This document shows positions 8,105 through 20,051 of a DNA stretch of 64,000 bases, in pieces. The notes under the pieces are model-generated. The model saw nothing but the letters and a program-made list of their open reading frames with translations, had not been told where the DNA came from and did not search any database. Every line of letters starts with the position of its first letter. The stretch's first letter is position 1. Source of the stretch: Sedimentisphaerales bacterium (lineage in GTDB: Bacteria > Planctomycetota > Phycisphaerae > Sedimentisphaerales > Anaerobacaceae); the NCBI GenBank assembly GCA_963708075.1, contig OY970194.1, positions 1,792,001 to 1,856,000 on the forward strand. Direction: 5' to 3'. Position numbers and translations under genes: made by a program.

Positions 8105-10977
8105 ATGAAGACACAACTCTTGGCAACTTCTCTCGTGGTTGTTCTGCTCTCAATGTTGTTGTGCGGCGCCGCGAGGGCCGATGCGCTGGCGGGATTCTCA
8201 GATATTACCGTGGCCGGCGATGCGATCGTCAGTCTTCGCCATGCAGGGACCGAGTATGTCGTAGCCAACGGCGATCTCACGCTGGGTACAACGACCCGGT
8301 GGTATATCCCTGTTGCCACAGGGGTGCCGACTCTGTGGGCTGAAGGGGCTCCGACTCCTGCGGCGACGACGACCCCTGGGGCGCCCCCCAAACCAGAGGA
8401 TCCCGGCTCGGAGGGTGACAACTTCCTGTTCCGATTGAACGGAGCGAACAACATGTCGTCCCTCGACGCGATCAACTTTCAGGAAACGATTTTTCCACTT
8501 CTGACCAAGACGGTCTTTGTGTTCGAGCGGGGCGGCAACGACACAGGCACATTTCAGGCGATCCTTGAGGACGGTTCGCTTGGAGCGCCGGTGGCATTCA
8601 ACGGCACGAGCGTCTACAAGGACACGGGCGCCGATGTCGGTGGTCAGCACGCCTTCGGCGTGGTTTTCACCACCGATGTATGGGTCAAAGGTGTGCGAAT
8701 CACGGCGCCGGGACACGACTGCCTGAGCATTTCCGCCATACCGAAACGATTGGATCCGAGACAGAGCCGTGATCCGCAGCCGGAGGACGAGGCGACGGAT
8801 GTACCGTCAGACGTGGTCCTGAGCTGGACGCCGGGAGAAGGTACGGCGGCAGCCAACGGGCACATTGTGTACTTGAGTGAGAACTTCGACGACGTCAACG
8901 ACGGCATCAACGGTGTCACGCTGAGTGCCAACAGCTATGATCCTCGACGGCTTGATTTCGGAACGACTTACTACTGGCGGGTCGATGAGGTCGGTGTGTC
9001 GCCCGGATCCACTGTTTTCAAGGGCGACGTGTGGTCGTTCACGGTCGAGCCGTCTTCTTACCCGCTGAAGAACGTGAAGGCCACAGCCTCCGGCGGCTGG
9101 CCGGCATGGGGCCCGAGAACACCGTCAATGGGTCCGGCCTCAGCGTCAGCGATGGGCACTCGACGGATGGCAAGCAGATGTGGCTGAGCACCGATGTACA
9201 ACCCAACTGGATCCAGTTCGAATTTGACGACATCTATAAGCTGGATGAACTGTGGGTCTGGAACTCCAATCAACTGGTGGAGAAGATTGTTGGATTCGGA
9301 GCGAAGGACGTTACGATTGAGTATTCCATCGACGCCAGTGCCTGGACCGAACTGGCTGGCGTGCCGCCCTTCGAGCAGGCCGACGGGGCGGACGATTACA
9401 CCCCTGATACACCGATCGATCTTGGCGGCGCTATTGCCAAGTACGTCAGGCTGACCATCAACAGCACGTGGGGCGGCGTCGCGCAGTGTGGTCTGAGCGA
9501 GGTGCGGTTCTTCTACATCCCTGTTCGAGCGAGAGAGCCTGTGCCGGCGAACGATGCAACCGCCCAGGAGTTGAACCTTGCGCTGAATTGGCGACCGGGG
9601 CGTGAGGCGGTCTCGCACCAGGTCTATGTCGGCGGCGACCGGGACGCCGTAGCTAGTGGCACGGTCCCCGTGGAAAACGTGAGCCAGCACAGTCTGAACC
9701 TGACCGGCTTGACTTTCGGAACGGCCTATTACTGGAAGGTCAACGAGGTCAACAGCGTGGCCAGCCCAAGCGCGTGGGAAGGCGATGTGTGGGCGTTCAC
9801 CACAAAGGAGTATCAGGTCGTCGACGACTTCGAGCTCTACACGAACGAATCGCCCAATCGGGTCTTTCAGACGTGGATCGACGGCTGGGGTTTCTCCGCA
9901 GACGAGTTCTATCCGCAGGGCAATCCGGGCAACGGCTCCACTGCTACGATCGGCTATGACCCGCTGGCCGGGGACATCATGGAGAAGACCATTGTCCATG
10001 GCGGTACGCAGTCGATGCCCTTCGACTACAACAATGCCCTCCAGCCGAATTATGCGGAGACCGAGCGGACCTGGGATACGCCACAGAACTGGGCTGTTGG
10101 CGGGGCGGACACCCTGCTGCTGTACGTTCGAGGACGGGCGCCCGCCTTTGCGGTGCAAGCATCCGGCAGCATCCTCATGGGCGCCGGCGGCGCAGACATC
10201 TGGAACAGCGCCGATGAGTTCCGCTTCGCCTGGAAGCGGCTCACCGGCAACGGGACAATCATAGCACGGGTGGACAGCATTGAGCGCAGCAGCGATTGGG
10301 TCAAGGCGGGCGTCATGATTCGCGAGAGTCTGGATGCGGGTTCGCAGTTTGCGGCGGTGTACATCACGCCGGACTATGGGTGCCGGTTCCAGGCCCGATC
10401 CATGACGAGCACGGCCGCCACAAGCGATAGCGCCGTGGTGACGCCCGAGCAGACCGCGATCAAGGCGCCGTACTGGGTGAAACTGGAGCGTACGGGCAAT
10501 GACTTCAAGGCGTACTACTCCGCGAACGGAACGACCTGGACCCCGATGGTTTGGAATCCGCAGACGATCACGATGACCGGCGACGTGTACGTTGGCCTGG
10601 CGTTGACAAGCCACAGTGCCACCGCTCAGACAGCCGCCGAGTTCTCAGGCGTTGCTACATCCGGCGGTGTGGCGGCCGCCCAGTGGGAGGTGGCGACGAT
10701 CGGTGTCGCGCAGCCGAACAACGATGCGGGGCAGTTGTACGTGAAGCTTCTGGACAGCGCCAACCACAGCAAGATAGTAAACCACCCGGACCCATTGGCC
10801 ACAGTGGCAGTGAGCTGGCAGCCCTGGGCGATCCCACTGAGTGAGTTTACCGGCGTGGACCTGACCAAGGTGAAGAAGATGATCATCGGCGTGAGCGACG
10901 CGGACAAGCGTGCGGCCGGCAGGCTCTACATCGATGACATCGGGTTCGGCCGACCGCTGCCCGTACCGGCTCCGTGA
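8105..10977 (+). CDS. large secreted multidomain protein (Ig-like YYWRVDE repeats, F5/8-type/discoidin and lectin-like domains); one frameshift near 9095
   Basis: GGAGG RBS and signal peptide; ORFs 7988..9187 and 9031..10977 join at ATAS.../...AGMGPENTVNGSGL; the YYW(R/K)V(D/N)E...GDVW(S/A)FT motif occurs in both halves. Confidence 0.8.
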
Positions 10978-10994
10978 GGCGGAGAAAGATCGCT

Positions 10995-11987
10995 ATGCAG
11001 AGAATGAGTATGTGTCTGTGCTGGGCGGTGGGTCTATCGCTCTGTCTCAGCGGTTCCAGCCTGGCCGGGGGCTATGCGTTCACGGTTCGCGGGGACAAGA
11101 CCTGTCTCAATGGGCGGGAGTTCCTTGTGAAGGGGCTGCGCTGCTCCAATGCCCTCGTCTCGGACGACACCACGAAGGAATTGATCGATCAGCTTGACAC
11201 GTTTGCCGGGTATGGCGTCAACACGATCGGCGTGTACTTCATGGGATCGCGGTTTGGCGATGTGAAGGGGTACAAAGAGGACGGCAGCCTGGATCCGGTG
11301 TACGCCGGACGGACGGGGCGGATCATTGAGGCGGCGGACCGGCGAGGGATGGTCGTGCTCGTCGGATGCCTGTACTGGAGCACCTCCAAGGCGAAATGGG
11401 ACAGTTGGACGCAGGCCGAGGCGGATAGAGCCGTAGCGAATACCGTGGCGTGGCTGAAGGAGAACCACTACCGGAATGTATTCGTTGACGTGGATAACGA
11501 GGGGATGGCCCGGCAGGCGAAGGGTTTCGATAACCGCCGGATGGTCCTGGCCGGCAAGGCCGTGGACCCGTGTTGCGTTATCGCCACGAACTTCCGGGGC
11601 GAGCCACCTGCCGAGGCGGACCTTGCGATTCATCATTCCAAGCGGGTGACCGGCAAGCCGTACATCGAGAGCGAGGCGACGCCCGGCAACGCCCCCGGCG
11701 GCTATTGGGGGACCTACAGCAAGAAGGACGGTTACTACAACTATATCAATATCGGCGTGTACACCGACGCGATGAAGGCCGAGCAAATCAGGCAGACCGT
11801 CGCCCATCTATCCAGGGGAGAGGGCTACATGCTCGCCTCAACGTGGCTGCAGTGTGTCGCACCCTATGGGCCGAACCAGCGCCCCGGCGGCGACGGCAGT
11901 CAGGACAACCCCGGAGTCAAGTGGTGGCTGGAATTCCTGCGGGACAAGTACGGGCCGTACACGCCGGAGCCTCTCCGGAAGGATTGA
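10995..11987 (+). CDS. secreted glycoside hydrolase-like (TIM-barrel) protein
   Basis: signal peptide; LNGREFLVKG, GVNTI, RGMVVLV, VDNE and YIESE resemble clan GH-A acid/base and nucleophile positions. Confidence 0.6.
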   Translation: MQRMSMCLCWAVGLSLCLSGSSLAGGYAFTVRGDKTCLNGREFLVKGLRCSNALVSDDTTKELIDQLDTFAGYGVNTIGVYFMGSRFGDVKGYKEDGSLDPVYAGRTGRIIEAADRRGMVVLVGCLYWSTSKAKWDSWTQAEADRAVANTVAWLKENHYRNVFVDVDNEGMARQAKGFDNRRMVLAGKAVDPCCVIATNFRGEPPAEADLAIHHSKRVTGKPYIESEATPGNAPGGYWGTYSKKDGYYNYINIGVYTDAMKAEQIRQTVAHLSRGEGYMLASTWLQCVAPYGPNQRPGGDGSQDNPGVKWWLEFLRDKYGPYTPEPLRKD

Positions 11988-12003
11988 ACGGGTCCTGTCC
12001 GCC

Positions 12004-12852
12004 CTATAGCTGCTGTCGTCGGATCTCTTCCTGCGTGGCCTTCTTGAGGATCCGCTTCTCGCGGGTGGTCAGGCTGTGCAGACCGAAACGATGGACCTTT
12101 GCGAGGATGCGATCCACTTCGAATCGCAGCTTCCGGCCCTCTTCCATTCGCTTTTCCCACGACTGGGCGTGCATCCTGAGTTTGAATCGCTCCAGCTTGG
12201 GCAGCAGGAGGATGTAGGCTGCTCCGGCCGCCATGCCGCCAAGGTGTGCGGCATCGCCCCCGGCGTTCGGGCCCCCGACAATGATGTTCATCACATACAC
12301 AAGCGTCATCACGACTGCGAGCACGCGAATCGGCACCGGAATGATGAAGAGGAATACGATGAACTGTGGGAACAGGATGGCGCACGCCGCCAGTACGCCG
12401 AGGATGGCGCCGGAGGCCCCCAGCAAAGGTGCAGCACCCACTACCCCGATGGCCATGAGCAGCAGGAAGGACAGGCCCGCCACAACGCCGCAGCCGAGAT
12501 AGAACAGCATGAACCGCCGGCTGCCCCAATGCTTCTCCAGGGTCGGCCCGAAGAAGAACAGGCCTATCATGTTCAGGGCGATGTGCAGCAGGTCGCCATG
12601 CAGGAACTGATAGGAGACGAGTCTCCACGGCTGGATGGCGGTAAGCCACGACCGCGGATCAACGGAGAACCAGCGAAGGAGGAACGATCCCACCTGCGGG
12701 ACGAGCGCCCGAAGAAGGAAAACGGCCGTGTTGATGATCAAAAGCCATTTGACGACCGGCGTGATCCGCGGCAGATTGAAACGCATCTGCGACGAACCGA
12801 AATACTGACGCCGAGAATCAGCCTGTGTATAGTCCCTGTCGTGTAACCCCAT
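12004..12852 (-). CDS. rhomboid family intramembrane serine protease
   Basis: QPWRLVSYQFLH, HIALNM, GASGA catalytic Ser, AHLGG; short helical C-terminal domain. Confidence 0.93.
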   Translation of the reverse strand: MGLHDRDYTQADSRRQYFGSSQMRFNLPRITPVVKWLLIINTAVFLLRALVPQVGSFLLRWFSVDPRSWLTAIQPWRLVSYQFLHGDLLHIALNMIGLFFFGPTLEKHWGSRRFMLFYLGCGVVAGLSFLLLMAIGVVGAAPLLGASGAILGVLAACAILFPQFIVFLFIIPVPIRVLAVVMTLVYVMNIIVGGPNAGGDAAHLGGMAAGAAYILLLPKLERFKLRMHAQSWEKRMEEGRKLRFEVDRILAKVHRFGLHSLTTREKRILKKATQEEIRRQQL

Positions 12853-13023
12853 ATGTATCTTCTCAAAACCCCGAGTCAACGTGCAAAACTATGTCAGCTA
12901 TATTATCATATCCTAGGCAAAAAGTTCAAGAGAAATTACCGCACTTCGAAGGAAGAAGTTGTATTTTCGGACGTTGCGGCGATTGTCCGCCTATGACACC
13001 GCCTCAGATGGCAGGCCAGGTTC

Positions 13024-14049
13024 TCATGCCCGGCTTCTGGTTCTCTGTGGCGGGACCGCCACGGCCCTCTTGATGGCCGGCAGCCTCTCCGGCTCTGCCT
13101 TGGCGAACCAGGCCATCATAACGATGCCCAGGACGACCAGGCCGAGGGACAGGAGTTGCGAGACCGTCAGCGAGGCAACCTCAAAAGGATTGTCGTCGCG
13201 AACGAACTCCATGAGAAACCGCCCGATGCCGTAGAGGATGAACATCAGGCTGAACGTCGTGCCGGGCCGGGCCAGGAATGGATACTCGCCGGATTCCTCG
13301 CCCCGCTGCGAACGCCGCAGGAACAGCAGCAGAATGAAACCGAGCAACACCGCCCCCACTGATGAGTACAACTGCGTTGGATGGATCGGCAGGCCTCGAT
13401 ACTCACCGTGCGTGACGAGGGTTCGCTGTTCCGGGGTAAGTTCGCTCATCGGCTTGAGGCCGGGAATGTACTGGCCCTGTGCGTCTCTGTAGCCGAAGTA
13501 GCTGTCGGGCAGATCGACGTAAGGCACGGACCGGTTGCGCTCGGGGTCCGCCTGGACCTGACTTCGATACGCAAACGAGCCATAAGGAAAGTGCACACCC
13601 CAGGCCAGATCGGTGGGCTTGCCATAGCAGCAGCCGTTGAGGAAACAGCCGATCCGGCCGAACACCAGAGCCGCCACCAGACCAATCGCCAGCGCGTCGA
13701 GATAGTGACGCATCGGCAGCCTGTGATAGTGGATATAGCGCCAGATCACCGCAATCGCCAGCAGCACGCCGCCGAGAAGCTCCAGGCCCCCGTTCCAGAT
13801 CTCGAAGACCCCTAGCGGATTAGCCCTGAATTCGTCGATGTAGTGAATGACAAAGAACGTGCGGGCGCCAACAACCCCGGCGATCAGCGAGTACAGAGCC
13901 GCGTTGGTGATGTGCTGCGGGTTTGACGTGAAATGCCGGCTCAGATAACGAATAACGGTCACCCCCGCAATGAAACCGATGACCATCATCACGCCGTAGC
14001 TTCGAATCATCAGGTGGACGATAGGTACTTCGAACAACTCAGGGTGCAT
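13024..14049 (-). CDS. lgt: prolipoprotein diacylglyceryl transferase
   Basis: SYG, VGAR, GRIGCFLNGCCYG, HPTQLY, RFLMEFVRDD. Confidence 0.93.
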   Translation of the reverse strand: MHPELFEVPIVHLMIRSYGVMMVIGFIAGVTVIRYLSRHFTSNPQHITNAALYSLIAGVVGARTFFVIHYIDEFRANPLGVFEIWNGGLELLGGVLLAIAVIWRYIHYHRLPMRHYLDALAIGLVAALVFGRIGCFLNGCCYGKPTDLAWGVHFPYGSFAYRSQVQADPERNRSVPYVDLPDSYFGYRDAQGQYIPGLKPMSELTPEQRTLVTHGEYRGLPIHPTQLYSSVGAVLLGFILLLFLRRSQRGEESGEYPFLARPGTTFSLMFILYGIGRFLMEFVRDDNPFEVASLTVSQLLSLGLVVLGIVMMAWFAKAEPERLPAIKRAVAVPPQRTRSRA

Positions 14050-14130
14050 CAGACTATTGTTATCTCCACAGGAGGCGGACGATGCGACTACACCGCGCTC
14101 TCCAGACCGGGCAGAACCATGAGCGTCAAC

Positions 14131-14488
14131 TTAACGCTGCTTGACAATCCTGTTCTTCTCATCCACGACAGCGACCTTCGGAGCCAGCTCGGCGGCTTCC
14201 CCGGGCGTGCAATAAGCAAACGCCATGATGATAATGATATCCCCGGGGCTGGCCAACTGCGCCGCCGCGCCGAGGATCACAACGTCGCCCGAATCCGCCT
14301 CGCCCCGGACCACGTAGGTTCTCGAAGCGCTTGCCATTGTTCAAATTCGCGATCAGCACGGACTCATAAGGCAGAATGCCCGCCGCCTGCATCAGGCTCC
14401 CATCGATCTCGATACTACCCGGGTAGTGGAGCTTCGTGTCCGTGACTCGTGCCCGGTGCAGCTTACTCTTTAATACCTTTAACAACAT
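14131..14488 (-). CDS. panD: aspartate 1-decarboxylase (one extra base near 14319)
   Basis: [18 protein letters not shown] (G-S cleavage site); removing one base gives NGKRFETYVV and GAAA; 358 nt = 3n+1. Confidence 0.92.
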
Positions 14489-14533
14489 GGTTTCGTTCGT
14501 CCCCTGCCTTGCGTCAAAAAGCGTGATTGTAGC

Positions 14534-15394
14534 CTACTTTGCGGGCGTGTCCACCAGGATATTGTCAATCAGTCTGGCTGATTTCACACGTACCGCCACG
14601 GCTACGAGAACCCGGCCTCGAACCTGCCCAAGCTCTTCGAGCGTTTCTGCGTCGGAGACGCTGACGTACTCGATCTTCGTGGCCGGCATCTGCCGCAGGA
14701 TGTCGCGCATCTGGCCGCGGATAGCATCCGCATCCCTCTCACCGGCCTCAATCAACGCCCTGCATCGCTCCAGGGACTGGTAGATACGCGTCGCGTCCTT
14801 CCTTTCCCCGGGCGAAAGATACTGATTCCTACTACTCATGGCCAGTCCATCTGGTTCGCGCACGGTCGGGCACACAACGATCTCCAACGGCATATTGAGG
14901 TCGGCCACCATCCGCCGGATCACCAAAGCCTGCTGGGCATCCTTTTGGCCGAAGAATGCCACGTCGGGGCAGACGATGTTGAAGAGCTTCGCACAGACCG
15001 TTGCTACGCCGCGAAAATGCCCGGGCCGGAACTCGCCGCACAACCGGTCCGTCAGCTTCTCGACATTGACCCAGGTGAGATTTTCACGAGGATACATTTC
15101 CCCCGCCTCCGGGGCAAAGACCGCGTCCACGCCATGTCTTTCACAGATGGCCCGGTCCTTCTCAAACGGCCGCGGGTACTTGTTGAGGTCCTCGCCCGGC
15201 CCGAACTGCGTCGGGTTTACAAAGATGCTGACGACCACATAATCGCACCGTTTGCCGGCCGCCTGAATCAAGGAAACATGGCCATCGTGCAGCGCCCCCA
15301 TCGTCGGCACAAAACCCACCGTCTTTCCTCCTTTGTGGGCCTGCGCCACGCACGCTCTGATCTCAGCTATTGTCTTCACTACCTGCATTAACAT
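14534..15394 (-). CDS. panC: pantoate--beta-alanine ligase
   Basis: FVPTMGALHDGH, SIFVNPTQF, RPGHF, FGQKD, GLAMSSRN, RLIDN. Confidence 0.97.
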   Translation of the reverse strand: MLMQVVKTIAEIRACVAQAHKGGKTVGFVPTMGALHDGHVSLIQAAGKRCDYVVVSIFVNPTQFGPGEDLNKYPRPFEKDRAICERHGVDAVFAPEAGEMYPRENLTWVNVEKLTDRLCGEFRPGHFRGVATVCAKLFNIVCPDVAFFGQKDAQQALVIRRMVADLNMPLEIVVCPTVREPDGLAMSSRNQYLSPGERKDATRIYQSLERCRALIEAGERDADAIRGQMRDILRQMPATKIEYVSVSDAETLEELGQVRGRVLVAVAVRVKSARLIDNILVDTPAK

Positions 15395-15437
15395 CACACG
15401 CCTCTATACGTCGCTGCGATGGGGGCAGCGAAAGGCG

Positions 15438-15518
15438 CGGGTGCCATGCTTACGCTCGCGTAAGCATGCTTTGCCCATCGAATAGAGCATGTCTACGCAA
15501 GCGTAGACGTGGCACCCG
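15438..15518. repeat. composite palindromic (REP/REPIN-like) element
   Basis: outer IR CGGGTGCCA/TGGCACCCG enclosing hairpins CATGCTTACGC-TC-GCGTAAGCATG and CATGTCTACGC-AA-GCGTAGACGTG. Confidence 0.8.
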
Positions 15519-15527
15519 GCATTTGGA

Positions 15528-16623
15528 TCACCCACCTGCCGCTATGTACGCACGGACCTGGAGGGCGATGTGTTCAACCACCGCCTCACTGTAGCCGGTG
15601 AGACACGAGGCCGGGATACGAATCACCGGGCTCACCTTCCAGCCGGCGAAGAGCCTTCTGTAGTCCCCATCCAACGCTTGCAGGAATTCGAGTGAGATCC
15701 TCTGCTCGTACGGCCGGTTACGGCTGTGAATCCGCTCCAGGCACGCCTGCGGCGAATCCTGCAAATAGATCACCAGCACCGGCGTCGCCACCCGCACGGC
15801 GAACGGCTGGAAGATCGTTTCATAAAGCCTCAGTTGCTCCGGGTTGAGCAGACGCCTCGCGTAGATCAGCTCCTTGTCAAACACGTAATCCGTCACGAAA
15901 ACTCTATGCCTCGGCAGACGATTCCGGTCGAGCTGCTCCGCCCGGTTCACCAGGAAATACAGTTGTGAATCCAGAGCAAGCTCGCATTTGCCCGCGTAGA
16001 CTTGGGGCAGGAACGGGTTCGTTCCGTATGGTTCGTACAGGACCTGGCCCTGCAGGACCTCGGCCAGCTTCTTGGCAAGCGTGGTCTTGCCGACCCCGAT
16101 AATGCCCGCAACACTGACAAGCTGAGGAGCTTCCGGATCGACCATGAAGTTGCCGCCGCCGAGCCGCCCTGCCAATTCGCTCACCGGCTCCTTCAGTAAT
16201 GGATGCTCCAGCTTCGGATTCAACTGGCACAGCCCGTCGAGCACGAAGGATCGCAGATGCATCTCCGGGTGCGGTATGACCAGCCCGGAGGTTTTGAGCG
16301 TCTGTTGTCCGAACAGCAGCAGATCGAGATCGATCGGGCGGGATTGCCACTTGCCGTCCGGCTGGCGTCCGAGAGCAGCCTCCGTCGCCTTGAGTTTTTG
16401 CAGCAGTTTCTGCGGCTCCAGCGCCGTCCTGATCTCGGCCACACCGTTCAGATAGTTCGGTTGGTCCATCTGCCCCAGCGGAGTGGTCTCCTTGATGTCG
16501 CTGACCCGCGAGAACCTCAACGCCTCCGTTGCCATTGAGCAGATCGAGAGCCTGCCGAATCATCTGCTCCCGATCCCCCAGATTGCTGCCCAATCCGATG
16601 TATGCTGTTGTCGGTTCCGACAT
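15528..16623 (-). CDS. folK: HPPK (FolK) fused to deoxynucleoside kinase (one extra base near 16513)
   Basis: AYIGLGSNLGDR in one frame; QPNYLNGV, RPIDLDLL, IPHPEMHLRSFVL, then GIIGVGKTT P-loop and dNK motifs in the next. Confidence 0.9.
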
Positions 16624-16675
16624 TAGCTTGGCACCTTGACTTCCATACTGTTCATCCATGACTCCTGCGAGGCGG

Positions 16676-18685
16676 CTATGGAGAGGCCGCGCCATCGGCC
16701 GCGTGCGATGGCCCGATGACGATCCGGGCCGCACGTGGCGGCAGAGAAAGTGCGATTCGCCCCTGCTGATCTGCTTTCACGGGTTCTATTGTCCCAGCGG
16801 CCGGGTCGCCCACAATCCATTTGGCCGCGTCCCGAGCGGTCATAGCGCCGTTGTAGTCCGCGCGGCCGACATTGACGACCACAACGATTTCTCTGCCGGC
16901 CCGTGTGAACCGGCCCACCACGATTCGGTCCGCCGCTGGACTCACGAGGCCGCTGGCGCAGGTGGTAGCCACAGACGCCAGATCCACTTTTGCCGAAGGC
17001 GTCGCACGAAACACACGACCGCCCCCAGCCTCGAACCGCTTGACCTGCTGCTCGGCAGGCGACGGCAGCTCGACACCGGCAGGAAGAACGATTGCCCGGA
17101 AACGCCCCTTCCCGATGTCGATTGCATCGCCTTGAACGCGGCCGGTCGCCAATGTCTCGTGGTCCGCGATGGCAAATGAAATCTGCCCCCTGGTCATGCG
17201 CTGCCCGAGACCCATGAACGAGTTGATGATATCGCGCAGCCGTTGTGATTGCGAGTCCACGGTCAACTTGGCTGCGACAGGCCTGTATTCGGACCAGATG
17301 TCCCAGATCGGATAGTACAGCAGCACGCACGGCGAAGGCTGTGCCTCTCGCAGCAGGGCATTGAGCCGGCCGACAAACGTACAGTACGATTGATACTCTT
17401 CGGGCGTCCGCCGCTCACGGCCGTAGTACAAGGTGAACTCGGTGACACCGAGCGCGGCTTGCCACGCGGCCGTGGCGCACATGTCGGGGACCGGCGCGGG
17501 CCCTGTCTTCGCCATAGTCTCGGCGAAATCGCTCACTTCCGTCATGACGAGCCGCCGGCCGTTCAGCAGGGCCGCCGAAGCGGGAAGCACAGCCGTCATC
17601 CAACCCGTGTGAATCACCGCCTCAGGGTCCGAGGACAACACGTCCAGGCCCGGGATATCCATCCGGCTGAGCATCTTGAGCGAGTTGCCCTCCAGCGCGG
17701 CGTGGTGCAGGAGTTCCTCCTCCCAGAGGATATGGCCCGACGACGCGACGGAGTGGGCCTTGGCCCAGCGCTCGATTTGGCCAAAGTAGCGTTCCGCCAG
17801 CAGGTCCGTAACCAGGGCCCAGTATTGCCGGCGGACTTGCCGGTCGGCATCCGTGTCCCCCTCGAAGAGGCTCTTCCGCTCGGCGACAAGGTCCTGCCCA
17901 TAGCGCTGACGATACAGGTCGGGCAAGTCCGCGACCCAGGGCACGGAAGGCAAGGGCTGTACGTTCGGATCGAGCGGGTCGGCCACCCGGACCTGCTTAC
18001 GGACGTCGTCGGGCAAAGGGCCGGTGTTCACGGCCATCAGCGAAGGCTCGTCGGTAAAGAACGCCTCGATTGTCCGGCCGAAGAAGGGCTCCAGGCGCTG
18101 GTGATAGGCATCGTGCGTCACCCTTATGAAGCTCGCGGCCGCCGCCTTGTCGATGAGATTAGGATAGCGCCGCGCCGCATAGAAATTGTTGGAAGCATGA
18201 GTGTGCTCGTAAGAGGCCCGGACGATAAATGGGTCCGCACGCGACGGATCATAGGCCAGGGCAAGTGCTTCGAAGCCGGGGTTTTCCTTGAGGACAAGGC
18301 CCCCCGCCGCTCCGCTGGGGTAGCCATCTTCATCGTATATCCAGACTCGCAGACCGACTTCCGCGCAAGCCTTGATTGCTTCGACCAATATCTGCCAGTT
18401 CGTGTCGCTGCGGAGATAACTATCGAACGCCACGTTGCATACGATACCGCCAAGTCCGACGTCCTTGAGGCGTTTCATCACTTCGGGAGTCGCTTGCTGC
18501 TCGCGCACGCCGTGAACAATTTGCAGGGGGCGAAACTCGACACCTGGACTGCGCCAAGCCTGGAGCCATTCGGCAGGCAGGTCCAACGCCGCCGGTTCCG
18601 CGCCCGCAGCATGGATAGCGGAGCAGGCCGCGACGACAAGAACAACAACAAACCTTCCGTAAGAACTCACGTCCACCCTCTGCAT
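16676..18685 (-). CDS. secreted glycoside hydrolase, GH106 alpha-L-rhamnosidase-like
   Basis: signal peptide; VWIYDEDGYPSGAAGG, AFFTDEP, MDIPGLD, VMTE motifs. Confidence 0.7.
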   Translation of the reverse strand: MQRVDVSSYGRFVVVLVVAACSAIHAAGAEPAALDLPAEWLQAWRSPGVEFRPLQIVHGVREQQATPEVMKRLKDVGLGGIVCNVAFDSYLRSDTNWQILVEAIKACAEVGLRVWIYDEDGYPSGAAGGLVLKENPGFEALALAYDPSRADPFIVRASYEHTHASNNFYAARRYPNLIDKAAAASFIRVTHDAYHQRLEPFFGRTIEAFFTDEPSLMAVNTGPLPDDVRKQVRVADPLDPNVQPLPSVPWVADLPDLYRQRYGQDLVAERKSLFEGDTDADRQVRRQYWALVTDLLAERYFGQIERWAKAHSVASSGHILWEEELLHHAALEGNSLKMLSRMDIPGLDVLSSDPEAVIHTGWMTAVLPASAALLNGRRLVMTEVSDFAETMAKTGPAPVPDMCATAAWQAALGVTEFTLYYGRERRTPEEYQSYCTFVGRLNALLREAQPSPCVLLYYPIWDIWSEYRPVAAKLTVDSQSQRLRDIINSFMGLGQRMTRGQISFAIADHETLATGRVQGDAIDIGKGRFRAIVLPAGVELPSPAEQQVKRFEAGGGRVFRATPSAKVDLASVATTCASGLVSPAADRIVVGRFTRAGREIVVVVNVGRADYNGAMTARDAAKWIVGDPAAGTIEPVKADQQGRIALSLPPRAARIVIGPSHAADGAASP

Positions 18686-18710
18686 CGCGTGTGCGCTGTG
18701 TGGCGTATCC

Positions 18711-19940
18711 CTACAGCTTTGCGAGCCTTTTCATCGCCTCGTTGACATTGTCCGGCGTGGCGAATGCCGTCAGGCGTACGTATCCCTCGCCCGCCGGTCC
18801 GAATCCCGCGCCCGGGGTGCAGACCACGTTGGCCTTGTTCAACAGCAGATCGAAGAACTCCCATGAGCCGATGCCCTTGGGCGTCTGCACCCAGATGTAA
18901 GGGGCGTTCGTGCCGCCGTAAACCTCGTAGCCCAGCTTCGTAAGCTTCCGGCAGATCAGACTCGCGCTGCCCATATAGATGTCGATCGTTTGCTGAATCT
19001 GCTTCTTGCCCTGGGGCGTGTAGATTGCCGCCGCCCCCACCTGCGTGATATAGGAGACGCCGTTGAATTTCGTCGTGTGCCGGCGCCGCCAGATCGGATT
19101 GACCTCGACCGCCCTGCCGTTTTTCGTGTATGCTTTGAGCTGTTTCGGCACGACACTGTAGGCGCATCGCACGCCCGTAAACCCCGCCGTCTTCGAGCAG
19201 CTACGGAACTCGATGGCGACCTCCTTCGCCCCCTCGATCTCATAGATCGAATGCGGGATCGTCGGGTCCTTGATGTAGGCCTCGTAGGCCGCGTCGAAGA
19301 ACAGGACGGCCTTGTGTGCGCGGGCATAATCCACCCATTTCGCCAGCGCCTCCTTCGTCGCGACGGCCCCTGTCGGATTATTCGGGAAGCACAGGTAGAT
19401 CATGCCGACGGGCCTGTCCGGCGGCTCGGGCACAAAGCCGTTCTCCGCGGTTGCGGGCATATAGACGATCCCCGCGTACTGGCCCCCGTCCGCAGCCGGA
19501 CCCGTCCGCCCCGCCATCACGTTCGTATCCACGTATACCGGGTAGACCGGGTCGGCCACCGCCACGACGTTGCCGATGCCGAAGATCTCCTGCATATTGC
19601 CCGTGTCGGACTTGGTCCCGTCGCTGACGAAGACCTCATCGAGCTCGATGTCCACGCCGCGGGCCTTGAAATCGTTGTCGATGATCGCCTGCCGCAGGAA
19701 CTCGTATCCGACGCCCGTGTCATCGTATCCCCGGAACGTCTCCTGCCGGCCCATCTCATCGACCGCGAGGTGCATCGCCTCGATCACCGCCGGCGCGAGC
19801 GGCTGCGTGACGTCCCCGATGCCCATGCTGATGACCTTGGCCTGCGGATGCTGCTGCTTGAACGTCCGCACCCGCCGGCCGATCTCCGGGAACAAATACC
19901 CGGCCTTGAGCTTCAGAAAATTCTCATTGATCTCAATCAT
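18711..19940 (-). CDS. dapL: LL-diaminopimelate aminotransferase
   Basis: [49 protein letters not shown]. Confidence 0.96.
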   Translation of the reverse strand: MIEINENFLKLKAGYLFPEIGRRVRTFKQQHPQAKVISMGIGDVTQPLAPAVIEAMHLAVDEMGRQETFRGYDDTGVGYEFLRQAIIDNDFKARGVDIELDEVFVSDGTKSDTGNMQEIFGIGNVVAVADPVYPVYVDTNVMAGRTGPAADGGQYAGIVYMPATAENGFVPEPPDRPVGMIYLCFPNNPTGAVATKEALAKWVDYARAHKAVLFFDAAYEAYIKDPTIPHSIYEIEGAKEVAIEFRSCSKTAGFTGVRCAYSVVPKQLKAYTKNGRAVEVNPIWRRRHTTKFNGVSYITQVGAAAIYTPQGKKQIQQTIDIYMGSASLICRKLTKLGYEVYGGTNAPYIWVQTPKGIGSWEFFDLLLNKANVVCTPGAGFGPAGEGYVRLTAFATPDNVNEAMKRLAKL

Positions 19941-20022
19941 GATTCCAGAATCCTTGCTATCGCCGTCCGGCCAGCCGTGCGAGACATGCCGCCGCGTGAT
20001 TTCAATTCGAATCAGGGTGAGC

Positions 20023-20051
20023 ATTCTATGGCCCGTCCCCAGCCCCGTCAA
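20023..20051 (-). promoter_or_regulatory. sigma70 promoter for dapL
   Basis: TTGACG-N17-TAGAAT on the minus strand. Confidence 0.6.

Noticed and set aside
15528..16623. FolK-deoxynucleoside kinase fusion as a novelty
   Set aside because: These genes are commonly adjacent or fused in other bacteria
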